In this document: positions 10,831 through 21,872 of the stretch, in pieces
How the letters are laid out: every line of letters begins with the position of its first letter
How positions within the stretch are numbered: position 1 is the first letter of the stretch
From: Pseudomonadota bacterium
Lineage (GTDB): Bacteria > Pseudomonadota > Gammaproteobacteria > Burkholderiales > Rhodocyclaceae
Direction of reading: 5' to 3'
DNA: 64,000 nucleotides
Assembly (NCBI GenBank): GCA_021782315.1
Contig: JAJXVG010000001.1
Coordinates: 26 to 64,025, forward strand
Notes under the pieces: generated by a model
Told to the model about the DNA's origin: nothing
The model's input: the letters and a program-made list of their open reading frames with translations, nothing else
Database searches by the model: none
Position numbers and translations under genes: made by a program

Positions 10831-11439
10831 TCAGCCGAGCCTCAGTTCGCGCACCGTGCCGGCCGGAATATCGACCAACTGGTGCGTCGTCATGATGGCC
10901 AGGCCGCCGCGCTGAAGATGGCCGGAAATAATGCCGGCCAGCCAGTCAACCGCGGCGACGTCGAGGGCGACGAAGGGTTCGTCGAGTATCCACAGAGGAC
11001 GCTTCTCCTTGACCAGCCGGGCCAGCGCGACCCGCCGCTTCTGGCCCTGCGACAGATATTTGCAGGCCAGATCCTCGCGACCTGCCAGGCCGACCTGTTC
11101 GAGCGCGTCGATCGCCTCGTCCTCGGATAGCGCCTCGTCGGCCAGGCGGGCAGCGGCAAGCAGGTTTTCCAACGGGGTCAGTTCCTCCTTGATGGCGTTC
11201 AGATGACCGAGATAACAGAGGTCGGCGCGAAATTCGCCGGAACGGATGGTCCGGCCCCGCCAGCGGATTTCACCGGCGACCGGCGGCAACAGGCCGATCA
11301 GCATGCGCAGCAGGCTGGTCTTGCCGGCGCCGTTCCGGCCCTGCAGGTAAAGCAACTCCCCTGCTCCCAGCCGGAAACCGATGCCTGCGAACAGGCGGCG
11401 CTCGCCGCGCACGCATTCCAGATTGTCTGCTTCAAGCAT
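10831..11439 (-). CDS. ccmA: Haem ABC exporter ATP-binding protein CcmA
   Basis: GRNGAGKT, LSQGQKRRVAL, LWILDEPF. Confidence 0.94.
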   Translation of the reverse strand: MLEADNLECVRGERRLFAGIGFRLGAGELLYLQGRNGAGKTSLLRMLIGLLPPVAGEIRWRGRTIRSGEFRADLCYLGHLNAIKEELTPLENLLAAARLADEALSEDEAIDALEQVGLAGREDLACKYLSQGQKRRVALARLVKEKRPLWILDEPFVALDVAAVDWLAGIISGHLQRGGLAIMTTHQLVDIPAGTVRELRLG

Positions 11440-11499
11440 CGGGGCAAAAACCGAAAGAAACCGGAAAAAGAATTATGAATGCGCCAGTGTACCGACAGA

Positions 11500-11513
11500 T
11501 TGACGATCATCAA
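11500..11513 (-). promoter_or_regulatory. FNR/Dnr-type box upstream of ccm operon
   Basis: Minus strand TTGAT-GATC-GTCAA (1 mismatch to TTGAT-N4-ATCAA), with -10-like CATAAT at 11472-11477. Confidence 0.7.
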
Positions 11514-11558
11514 ACTTTATCGGACAAGAGGGGGCGGAGCCCCCTCCGATTGTGCCGC

Positions 11559-12566
11559 TTACTTCCTGTCGAAGGGGGTCGGGCGCGGCGTGCTGTCCGA
11601 GGAGGGTGGCAGGATCGGTAGCCGGAAAGCGGGTTGATCGCCGGTCAGGGTTTTCAGAAAAGCGACCACCTTGGCATTTTCTTCCGGCGTGAACCGTTTG
11701 CCGAGTTGGATACGAGCCATGGTGTCGACCGCCTCGGTCAGCGTGTTGGCCGCGCCATCGTGAAAATAAGGATAGGTCATTTCGACGTTGCGCAAGGTGG
11801 GCACCTTGAAATTGAAACGGTCGGCTTCCTTGCCGGTGACCGCGAAGCGACCTTCGGCCGGACTGGAAGCCTTGTACGCCTCGACCTGACCCATTTTCTG
11901 GAAGGAATTGCCGCCAACGGCGGGGCCGTTGTGGCAAGCAATACAGCCGGTCTTCTTGAACAATTGGTAACCGGCCAGTTCATCCTTGCTGATCGCCCTC
12001 TTGTTTCCCTTGAGCCATTGGTCGAAACGCGAATTGGGCGTAACCAGGGTTTCCTCGAAGGCGGCAATAGCCTTGGTGACCTTGTCGATATCGATCTGAT
12101 CGGAACCGAAAGCTTTCTTGAATTCGGCGACGTAGCCCGGAATGGTTTGCAACATGCCGACGGCAAGCGTGTGGCTGAAGCCCATTTCGCCCGGATTGGC
12201 GATCGGGCCGCCAGCCTGTGCCTGGAGATCGGCTGCTCGACCATCCCAGAATTGCGCCAGGTTGAGACTGGAATTGAGGACGGTCGGCGCATTGATCGGC
12301 CCCTCCTGCCAATGGTGGCCGATCGAGGTCTTGATGTTGTCGGTACCGCCCATCGACAGATTGTGACAGGAGTTACAGGATATGAAGCCGGATTTGGACA
12401 GGCGCGGGTCGAAATAAAGTTTCTTCCCCAGTTCCACCAGGGCCGGATTGGTGACCTTGGCCGACGTGATCGGCTGGATTGGTTCGTTACCGGCAGTTGC
12501 GGCGGACTGGCCGATCATCGCAGTGAAAATCAGTGCGACGGTGCAAGACAGGGCGCTAGGTTTCAT
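11559..12566 (-). CDS. ccpA: Dihaem cytochrome c peroxidase
   Basis: Signal peptide, CNSCH and CIACH haem motifs, AQFWDGRA, FKVPTLRNV, YPYFHDG; GAGGGAG RBS. Confidence 0.92.
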   Translation of the reverse strand: MKPSALSCTVALIFTAMIGQSAATAGNEPIQPITSAKVTNPALVELGKKLYFDPRLSKSGFISCNSCHNLSMGGTDNIKTSIGHHWQEGPINAPTVLNSSLNLAQFWDGRAADLQAQAGGPIANPGEMGFSHTLAVGMLQTIPGYVAEFKKAFGSDQIDIDKVTKAIAAFEETLVTPNSRFDQWLKGNKRAISKDELAGYQLFKKTGCIACHNGPAVGGNSFQKMGQVEAYKASSPAEGRFAVTGKEADRFNFKVPTLRNVEMTYPYFHDGAANTLTEAVDTMARIQLGKRFTPEENAKVVAFLKTLTGDQPAFRLPILPPSSDSTPRPTPFDRK

Positions 12567-12630
12567 CAAAAATCTCCCTCGGTTAAAAAACTCGGACAGG
12601 GGATTTTTTCCCATAAGACATATGATAATA

Positions 12631-12644
12631 TTGACATAAATCAA
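12631..12644. promoter_or_regulatory. FNR-type box upstream of ccp
   Basis: TTGAC-ATAA-ATCAA, 65 bp upstream of ccp start. Confidence 0.7.
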
Positions 12645-12674
12645 TGATTTTTATGGGTTTTGATTATAGCAACC

Positions 12675-12689
12675 ATAGTCACTCCCTAT
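12675..12689. promoter_or_regulatory. OxyR/LysR binding dyad
   Basis: ATAG-tcactcc-CTAT (ATAG-N7-CTAT) in AT-rich ccp/oxyR divergent region. Confidence 0.65.
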
Positions 12690-12735
12690 AGTTGATAAGG
12701 GGCATGCCCCCGATGGCCGAAAGGAGGAAATCGTC

Positions 12736-13641
12736 ATGACCTTAACCGAGTTGCGCTATATCGTCGCATTGGCCCAGGAAGGCAATTTCAGCCGGGCCGC
12801 CGAGCACTGTTCGGTCAGCCAGCCGACGCTGAGCGTGGCCATCGCCCGGCTGGAAGACGAACTGGGTGTACCGCTGTTCGAGCGCGGCAAGGGGTTTGTC
12901 AGCCCGAGTGCGGTTGGCGCCAGGGTGGTCGAGCAGGCGAAATTGACCCTGGTCGAGGCCGAGAAGGTCCGGCAGGTGGCGATGAGCGGACGCGATCAAT
13001 TGGCAGGGCCGTTACGGCTTGGCGTCATTCATACCATCGGCCCCTACCTGCTGCCGCAACTGATCCAATCCCTGAAGCCGCTTGCCCCGGCCATGCCCCT
13101 GGTGATCGAAGAAAACATGACGGCCAATCTGGCCGGCATGCTCCGCGACAACGAACTCGATATTCTCATTATCGCCCTGCCCTTTGACGAGCCCGGCGTC
13201 TTGACCCGGGCGATCTACGACGAGTCCTTCAAGGTCATCGTCCCGAAGGGGCACCCCTGGGAAAGCATGAAAGAAGTTACGCCGGAGGACGTGGCCGGCG
13301 ACGAGGTATTGCTGCTCAAGGCAGGCAACTGTTTCCGAGACCAGGTGCTGGATGCCTGTCCCCAGGTCAGCAGCCCGGAAACCGACGTCCGACTCGGCCA
13401 CTCGATCGGTACCATCCGCTGCATGGTGGCTTCCGGACTCGGTATCTCGGTCTTGCCGGATAGTGCCCTGGGACACCCTTACCATAGCGACCTGATCAGC
13501 GCCGTTCCGTTCAAATCGCCAGAACCGTCGCGCCGAGTGGCGCTGGCCTGGCGACCGGGTTTTGTCCGACCGAAAGCGATCGAGGCGCTATTCGATGCTG
13601 TACGCCACCTTAGTTCGCCGGCCTATCGCTTGCTGGTCTGA
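12736..13641 (+). CDS. oxyR: OxyR-family H2O2-sensing LysR regulator
   Basis: LysR HTH (VSQPTLS), GNCFRDQVLDAC containing both redox cysteines; divergent from ccp. Confidence 0.85.
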   Translation: MTLTELRYIVALAQEGNFSRAAEHCSVSQPTLSVAIARLEDELGVPLFERGKGFVSPSAVGARVVEQAKLTLVEAEKVRQVAMSGRDQLAGPLRLGVIHTIGPYLLPQLIQSLKPLAPAMPLVIEENMTANLAGMLRDNELDILIIALPFDEPGVLTRAIYDESFKVIVPKGHPWESMKEVTPEDVAGDEVLLLKAGNCFRDQVLDACPQVSSPETDVRLGHSIGTIRCMVASGLGISVLPDSALGHPYHSDLISAVPFKSPEPSRRVALAWRPGFVRPKAIEALFDAVRHLSSPAYRLLV

Positions 13642-16600
13642 AGGTTGATCAGCACTTCCGCCTGTATTTGCTGAATATACTCGCTCAAGAGCTTGCTTTG
13701 GGCCTCGAACGCCACCCTGAGCGCCGTCGTGGCGGCCGGGTCGCCGCCACCGCTCGCCTCGAGTAGCTGCCTGCCGAGTTCGTGCAGGCGGATGTGGGCA
13801 CTTTCCAATATAGAAAAAGAATCGGCTGTCGCATATCGCTGGCTGTCGGGGCTGTGATACCAGCGACCGAAACGACAGGCATGGTGATCGAGCGGCGGCT
13901 TGGGCCGGGCGCCGGATTGATCATCGAGATAAGCAAGCAGGGTCTTTTTCCAACGCTGGTGATCGACTTCGGCGATCAGCATCGGCAAATCCTCGCGTGA
14001 CCACTGGAAGGCTGTGGCGAGCCCCCACGAATCATCCGGTCGGTAGCGTTCGATCCAGGCAGGCAGTTCGGCCGGCGGCATCGGCCGAGCAATGCCGAAG
14101 CCCTGTGCGATGTCGCAACCGAGCAGCAAGAGCAGCGTGCCGTGTTCAATCGTTTCCACGCCTTCGGCGATAACCTGGCGACGGAAGGCCTGGGTCAGTC
14201 CGATGACGCCTTCGACGATGGCGAGATCGTCCGTGTCGTCCAGCATGTTGCGCACGAAGGACTGGTCGATCTTCAGAACATGTGCAGGAAGCCGGCGAAA
14301 ATAGGTAAGCGAGGAATAACCGGTGCCGAAATCGTCGAGGGCGAAGTTGACACCGAGTTCCCGGCACTCGGCGAACAGTTCGGCAATGTTGCCCATGTCT
14401 TCGAGAGCCGCCGTTTCGAGCACCTCCAGTTCGAGTTGGCCGGGTTTGACATTGGGGTGACTGGCCAGCAGTTCGGCCAGGCGGCGCGAAAACCCTTTGT
14501 GCTGTAAATGTTCGCCTGAAATATTGATGCTGATCGAGAGATGGATACCCTCGGCGTGCCAGGCCTCGAGTTGGTCCAGGGCCGAGCGGATGACCCAGTC
14601 GCCGATATCGATCTCCAGTTCACTGCCGACGATGGTCGGCAGAAAGTGCGCCGGCAAAAGAAGCCCCTCCTTCGGATGCAACCAGCGAATCAGGGCTTCG
14701 GCCCCGGTCACGCTGCCTTTGCGCATATTTACCTTGGGTTGGTAATACAGGGCGAATTCACCGTTGCTCAGGCCTTGGCGTATGCGTGCCAGCTCTTCGC
14801 GGCGAACGCGGGTGCGACGATCGTTTTCCGGATCGAACAAATGATGGCGATTGCGCCCCCCCTGCTTGGCCGCGTACATGGCCTGATCGGCATGACGGAG
14901 CAGGGTATCGGCATCGGCCCCGTCGTGCGGATACAAGGTGACACCGATGCTGGAAGAGATTGCAATATTGTGATTGGAAATCCGGAAGGGTTGGTTGAGC
15001 GCGCTGAATACGCGTGCAATGGCCAGGTCGCACTCGTGTATGTCGTCGAGGTTGGCGATAAGCAGTACGAATTCGTCGCCGCCCAGGCGGGATACCGTGT
15101 CGCCGGCCCGCATGCAGGCCTTCAGGCGCTGGGCGACTTCGATCAGCAGGAAATCGCCTGCCGAATGGCCGTGCTGATCGTTGATCGGTTTGAAATTATC
15201 GAGATCCAGATAGCAGACGGCGAGCATCTTTCCGTTTCGATCGGTTTGTGCCATGGCTAGCTGCAGGCGATCACCGAGCAGCATGCGGTTGGGCAGCTTG
15301 GTCAGCGCATCGAAGTGCGCCAGGTACTCCAGGCGCTGTTGATGCTGTTTGATCAGCGTGATATCGGAAAAAATACCGACGAAATTGGCGATCCCGCCGC
15401 TGCGATTGCGAACGGTCGAGATGGTCAGCTGCTCGACAAATATCTCGCCCGATTTTTTTCGGTTCCAGACCTCTCCCCGCCAGAATCCTTCCTGGCGAAT
15501 TTTGCACCACATTTCCTCGTAGAAAGCCGGTTCGTGGTGGCCGGACTTGAGTAAATCCGGCTTCCGACCCACCGCTTCCTCGTACCCATAGCCCGTCAGT
15601 TCACTGAAGGTGCTGTTAACTTCGACGATAGTTCCCTGAGCATCGGTGATCATGATGCCTTCGTGGGCATTCTCGAAAACACTGGCGGCGAGCTGCTGAC
15701 GCTCTTCGGCCATCATGCGCTCACCGATATCCTGCGCCACGCTGATCAGCGCCGGACAGCCGTTCCAATAACCCGCCGTAACCCGAATTTCAACCGGAAT
15801 CTGCTCGCCGCCAGCGCGCAGGAGCGGAGTCTGACGAGCCATAAGCCCGCCGACGACGATCTTGGAAAGCACATCGACATCGCCCGCCGTATTTTTCGGG
15901 TAGACCGTTGCGATCGACCTGCCAATCAGCGCCTCCGGCCCGTAGCCGAGGTTTTCGGCAACCGCCCGGTTGTAGTGCAGGATAATTCCGTCGCCATCCA
16001 GAACAAAAATGAAATCCTTCAGTGTGTCGAACAAGCCGCCGAGATTTTGTTGCAGTTGGCGAGCCTCCTCTTGGACGGCAAGTTGCTGCAGAACCCGGCT
16101 GAAGTGGCTGCCCAGGGCTTCCAGTGCGCGCAGGGTCGAAGGAAGAATCCCCGAAGCTCGGCGGCTACCCAGGCTCAGACAGGCAACCGCCTGGCCGGCC
16201 AGCGCGATCGGGAGAGCAACCAGGCAGCCCAGACCCTCTGCCTGCATGACCTTGCCATCGATTACGTTTTCACCCGCGCAATGTGGAGTAGGCGGCTGAC
16301 AGTTGCATATGACGCCCCCACGCTGGGCAAAGAGTGCGAACGGACTGCATGCATCGAGCCGGCCGATTTCACCGACGAATCGTTCGCTCAAGCCGTCATG
16401 AACGATCAGGACGTAGCTGCCGTCGCTTTGCCGCCAGTGGAGGCAGCCGGCCTCGAGATCGGGGAAACGCAGGGCCGCCCTGAGCAGCGTTCCCAGCACT
16501 TCGTCGCGCTGCATGCCGGCGGCCAATGCCTGGGCAAGATCGTATTCGACCTCACGGCACAATTCGGCGTTTTTCCGCTCGGAAATCTCGATGGCTGAAG

Positions 16601-18626
16601 CGAGCAGGACCGGGCGACCGAAATAACACGAATTCTGCAGCCGCACCTCGAGCGGAAAGATACGGCCGCCGCTGTTACGGCCGAGAATCTCGAACGTCTG
16701 CGGCGTACCGGCGAATGCGGCTGCGGTACGCGCGACAACCCCGGGCATGTCGGTCAGTCCGGGCAGGACCAGAAACTCCGGCGTCTTGCCGATCAGTATG
16801 CTGCGCGGGAAACCGGAGAGCGTTTCGGCGCCAAGATTGACATCGAGAAAGCTGCCGTCCTCGGCCTGGATGAAAAGGGCCTGGCTAATACTGTCGAAAA
16901 TGCCGCGGAAGGTCTCCAGGCTGCGCCCCAGTTCATTGGAGCGACGCTGATGGGCAATGACCAGGGCAGCCAGATGGCTGGCCTGGGTCAGCAGGCCGAG
17001 ATATTCCTCGCTCGGTCGCGTGGCCGATTCGTGATGGGCGAGGAAGGCACCAAGCAAAAGGCCGTCCGGACCGCAGATCGGCACCGAGCTGCAGGCGGTG
17101 AAACGAGCTTGCCTGGCCAGTTCGCGGAAAAAAATCCAGTCCGGGTCGTCGAACACGTTTTCGACCACACAGGCACGACGCAGGGGCACGAAATGACCGC
17201 TCGCATCCTCGTCAATACCTATCGGCCAGCAGTCGACGGCTTCGCGGTAAGCGGTCGGCAGGCTGGGTGCCGCCCCCAGGCAATAATGCCTTCCCGGCTC
17301 GTCGGCCAGCAAGATCGAAGCCTGCCAGCCGGGCATTTCGGCTTCGACCGAAAGTACGATCAGATCAAGGACGCGAGCCAGGGAAGCACCGCCGATGAGG
17401 TCGGCCAGAGCGGCACTTCGGAGTTGCATCGCTTCATCGGCACGCCTCTGCTCCGAGATGTCGCGGGCGAAGCCGACCGTGCCGAGCAGATTGCCATCGT
17501 CTCCCACGATCGGGGCCTTGTAGGTTTCGTGCCAGGTAACGCGCCCGCCGACGACAATCGGTTCGATGACGATCTTGTTCTGCCGCGAGGCCATGACCGC
17601 CGCGTCGTCGCTACGGTAATGCCTGGCCAGTTCCGGTGACGACAGATCGAAATCGGTCCTGCCGATGACCTCTTCGGCCGAATGGCGCCCATGGGCCAGG
17701 GCAAGGGCGCGATTGACCGCAAGGAAGCGCGACTCCGTGTCCTTCAACCAGACCAGATAGGGAAAATTGTCGAGCAGGGCGCGCTGATAGCGCTCGGTGC
17801 GCGCCGCTTCCTCCTGCATGCGTTCATGACTGACGCTCAGCAAGCGATGCTCGCCCAGGATCTCATCGACCAGCGCCAGTTTGAGCGGACTCATCAGGGC
17901 ATGCTCGGAGAGCAGCCCGGCCAGGCGCCCCTCGGCATCCACTACCACCAGATGACGTATGTCGTGCGCGAGCATACGCTGCGCTGCTTCCGTCAGCGGA
18001 CTGTCGACAGGGATGGCGATCGCCGGCCGGCTCATCACGGCGCCCAGCGTCCGCTTGCTCTCGCCATCGAGAAAGAAGCGAACGATGTCGCGCTGGGTAA
18101 CGACGCCCAGCGGTCGCCGATTGTCGACGATGACGACGCAAGTCCCACGAACCGCCTCCATCGCCGTTAGCGCATCGTCGAGGAGCGCATCGGCGGACAG
18201 ACAGGAAACGGTACGTTCCATCAGGCTATCGGCACTGTTCAACTGCCGGAAAAAATCGGGACCCAGGTGCTTGCGAAATCCCGATTCGCTGACGATGCCG
18301 AGCGGCAGGCCGGCCGCGTCCACGACCACGACATGCCGAATGCCGAGACAGGCCGCCTGGCTGTACGCCTGGCGGAAGTCGGTGTCGGCGGACACAGTGT
18401 GCACCGGACTGCTCATGGCATCGCGTGCCGCCTGTTCTGTCGAGCCGCGCCGGCGCATCACACGCAACAGGTCGCGCTCGGTAATGATGCCCAGGATCGC
18501 ACCCTCGTCCACGACGATAAGCGAAGAAATCTTGAGCGCCAGCATCCGAGAAGCGACCTCGCGGAGGCTGGTTTCGGGTGTGACACGATCACTCTGGGTT
18601 GTTACCAACTCGACAATTCTGGCCAC
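13623..18626 (-). CDS. Multi-sensor diguanylate cyclase/phosphodiesterase (2 CBS pairs, PAS, GAF, GGDEF, EAL, C-terminal CZB)
   Basis: CBS motifs (GIITERD), several PAS/PAC, intact GGDEF and EAL/DDFGTGYS, C-terminal H..W/CRFGRWY/H...H; GTG start with GGAGG RBS. Confidence 0.88.
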   Translation of the reverse strand: MARIVELVTTQSDRVTPETSLREVASRMLALKISSLIVVDEGAILGIITERDLLRVMRRRGSTEQAARDAMSSPVHTVSADTDFRQAYSQAACLGIRHVVVVDAAGLPLGIVSESGFRKHLGPDFFRQLNSADSLMERTVSCLSADALLDDALTAMEAVRGTCVVIVDNRRPLGVVTQRDIVRFFLDGESKRTLGAVMSRPAIAIPVDSPLTEAAQRMLAHDIRHLVVVDAEGRLAGLLSEHALMSPLKLALVDEILGEHRLLSVSHERMQEEAARTERYQRALLDNFPYLVWLKDTESRFLAVNRALALAHGRHSAEEVIGRTDFDLSSPELARHYRSDDAAVMASRQNKIVIEPIVVGGRVTWHETYKAPIVGDDGNLLGTVGFARDISEQRRADEAMQLRSAALADLIGGASLARVLDLIVLSVEAEMPGWQASILLADEPGRHYCLGAAPSLPTAYREAVDCWPIGIDEDASGHFVPLRRACVVENVFDDPDWIFFRELARQARFTACSSVPICGPDGLLLGAFLAHHESATRPSEEYLGLLTQASHLAALVIAHQRRSNELGRSLETFRGIFDSISQALFIQAEDGSFLDVNLGAETLSGFPRSILIGKTPEFLVLPGLTDMPGVVARTAAAFAGTPQTFEILGRNSGGRIFPLEVRLQNSCYFGRPVLLASAIEISERKNAELCREVEYDLAQALAAGMQRDEVLGTLLRAALRFPDLEAGCLHWRQSDGSYVLIVHDGLSERFVGEIGRLDACSPFALFAQRGGVICNCQPPTPHCAGENVIDGKVMQAEGLGCLVALPIALAGQAVACLSLGSRRASGILPSTLRALEALGSHFSRVLQQLAVQEEARQLQQNLGGLFDTLKDFIFVLDGDGIILHYNRAVAENLGYGPEALIGRSIATVYPKNTAGDVDVLSKIVVGGLMARQTPLLRAGGEQIPVEIRVTAGYWNGCPALISVAQDIGERMMAEERQQLAASVFENAHEGIMITDAQGTIVEVNSTFSELTGYGYEEAVGRKPDLLKSGHHEPAFYEEMWCKIRQEGFWRGEVWNRKKSGEIFVEQLTISTVRNRSGGIANFVGIFSDITLIKQHQQRLEYLAHFDALTKLPNRMLLGDRLQLAMAQTDRNGKMLAVCYLDLDNFKPINDQHGHSAGDFLLIEVAQRLKACMRAGDTVSRLGGDEFVLLIANLDDIHECDLAIARVFSALNQPFRISNHNIAISSSIGVTLYPHDGADADTLLRHADQAMYAAKQGGRNRHHLFDPENDRRTRVRREELARIRQGLSNGEFALYYQPKVNMRKGSVTGAEALIRWLHPKEGLLLPAHFLPTIVGSELEIDIGDWVIRSALDQLEAWHAEGIHLSISINISGEHLQHKGFSRRLAELLASHPNVKPGQLELEVLETAALEDMGNIAELFAECRELGVNFALDDFGTGYSSLTYFRRLPAHVLKIDQSFVRNMLDDTDDLAIVEGVIGLTQAFRRQVIAEGVETIEHGTLLLLLGCDIAQGFGIARPMPPAELPAWIERYRPDDSWGLATAFQWSREDLPMLIAEVDHQRWKKTLLAYLDDQSGARPKPPLDHHACRFGRWYHSPDSQRYATADSFSILESAHIRLHELGRQLLEASGGGDPAATTALRVAFEAQSKLLSEYIQQIQAEVLINLQTSKR

Positions 18627-18799
18627 GCCATTCCTCCGTTCGCTTTAATTGTAAAGCGACTTTTGGCGGCAGGCCTTAACCGGCATCAATCAAGTCGACG
18701 TCGGCGCATGGAATCTTCGTTTCCACTATGGATTCAATTCAACCACCGCCGTACCCGGCAAGCGATCGGAGCATCCAGCCCGCTCTCGCCGGAATCGCT

Positions 18800-18813
18800 T
18801 TGATTCAAATCAA
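18800..18813. promoter_or_regulatory. Perfect FNR-type palindrome overlapping an IHF-like site
   Basis: TTGAT-TCAA-ATCAA; AATCAAtaatTTT resembles WATCAA-N4-TTR. Confidence 0.55.
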
Positions 18814-18835
18814 TAATTTTGCCGATGGAGAAGCG

Positions 18836-18851
18836 TGGCACATGCCTTGCG
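18836..18851 (+). promoter_or_regulatory. Sigma-54 (-24/-12) promoter of MBH operon
   Basis: TGGCAC-ATGCC-TTGCG, GG-N10-GC. Confidence 0.85.
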
Positions 18852-18895
18852 TAACAGGTCTCCACCAGGCGACATAACCGATGGGGGAATAAGCA

Positions 18896-19978
18896 GTGAC
18901 CGAAACATTCTACGAAGTGCTGCGCCGCCAGGGAATCACCCGGCGCAGTTTTCTTAAATTCTGCAGCCTGACAGCAACCTCGCTCGGGCTCGGCAGTGCC
19001 GCCGCACCGCGCATCGCCCATGCCCTGGAAACCAAGGCCAGGACCCCGGTGATCTGGCTGCACGGCCTGGAATGCACCTGCTGTTCCGAATCCTTCATCC
19101 GCTCGGCCCATCCGCTGACCAAGGACGTCGTTCTTTCCATGCTCTCCCTCGACTACGACGACACGCTGATGGCCGCGGCCGGCCACCAGGCCGAGGCCAT
19201 CATCGAAGCGGTCAAGAAGAAGTACAAGGGCAACTACATCGTTGCCGTCGAGGGCAACCCGCCACTGAACGAGGACGGCATGTTCTGCATCCACGGCGGT
19301 CGCCCCTTCGTCGAAATCCTCAAGGAAACCTGCGCCGACGCCAAGGCGATCATCAGTTGGGGTGCCTGCGCCTCCTACGGCTGCGTGCAGGCCGCCAAGC
19401 CCAACCCGACGCGCGCCACGCCCGTGCACAAGGTCATTTCCGGCAAACCGATCATCAATGTGCCGGGCTGCCCGCCGATCGCCGAGGTGATGACCGGGGT
19501 CGTCACCTACATGCTGACCTTCGACCGCATCCCTGAACTCGACCGGCAGGGCCGGCCGAAAATGTTCTATGGCCAACGCATCCACGACAAGTGCTATCGC
19601 CGCGGCCACTTCGACGCCGGCCAATTCGCCGAGGCCTGGGACGACGAAGGGGCGCGCAAGGGCTACTGCCTGTACAAGATGGGCTGCAAGGGTCCGACCA
19701 CCTACAACGCCTGTTCGTCGATGCGCTGGAACGGCGGCGTCAGTTGGCCGGTGCAGTCGGGCCACGGCTGTATCGGCTGCTCAGAGGAAGGTTTCTGGGA
19801 CAAGGGCAGTTTCTACGATCGGGTGACCTCGATCACGCCCTTCGGCGCCGAAGCCACCGCCGACAGCATCGGCAAGGCCGCCGCCGGCACGGTCGGCGCC
19901 GCGATTGCCGCCCACGCCGCCGTATCGGCCCTGGCCCGCGCGCGCAAATCCCATGGTCAACCGGACAAGGAAAACTGA
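18896..19978 (+). CDS. hoxK: Membrane-bound [NiFe]-hydrogenase small subunit, O2-tolerant group 1d (HoxK/HupS)
   Basis: Tat motif TRRSFLKF; ECTCCSES and [10 protein letters not shown] carry the supernumerary cysteines; C-terminal TM anchor. Confidence 0.95.
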   Translation: MTETFYEVLRRQGITRRSFLKFCSLTATSLGLGSAAAPRIAHALETKARTPVIWLHGLECTCCSESFIRSAHPLTKDVVLSMLSLDYDDTLMAAAGHQAEAIIEAVKKKYKGNYIVAVEGNPPLNEDGMFCIHGGRPFVEILKETCADAKAIISWGACASYGCVQAAKPNPTRATPVHKVISGKPIINVPGCPPIAEVMTGVVTYMLTFDRIPELDRQGRPKMFYGQRIHDKCYRRGHFDAGQFAEAWDDEGARKGYCLYKMGCKGPTTYNACSSMRWNGGVSWPVQSGHGCIGCSEEGFWDKGSFYDRVTSITPFGAEATADSIGKAAAGTVGAAIAAHAAVSALARARKSHGQPDKEN

Positions 19979-19980
19979 AA

Positions 19981-21771
<1,791 letters not shown>

Positions 21772-21792
21772 GCGGTCCGGAAAGGCATTGCC

Positions 21793-21870
21793 ATGACCCC
21801 CATGCTCACTTTGTTCGCTATTCCCCAAGGGGGCCTCGCCTTCTCGGGGACAGCCCGTCAGGAGGCTTAG
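21793..21870 (+). repeat. Short REP-like element / 25-aa mini-ORF between hoxG and hoxZ
   Basis: ACCCCCATGCTCACTTTGTTCGCT...CCCCAAGGGGGC...TTCTCGGGGAC hairpin resembles recalled Rhodocyclaceae dispersed repeats; supplies GGAGG RBS for hoxZ. Confidence 0.4.
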
Positions 21871-21872
21871 TC

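Noticed and set aside
18650-18800. HoxA upstream activator site
   Set aside because: No convincing CAAG-N10-CTTG-type palindrome shared among the three sigma-54 promoters by eye
19591-19980. N-terminal extensions on ORF-track calls (hoxG 726 aa, also ccmH, ccmC, ccmD, hoxB, hoxC, hemerythrin)
   Set aside because: They overlap upstream genes; true starts chosen at internal ATG/GTG with RBS or stop-start overlap, so these are not fusions
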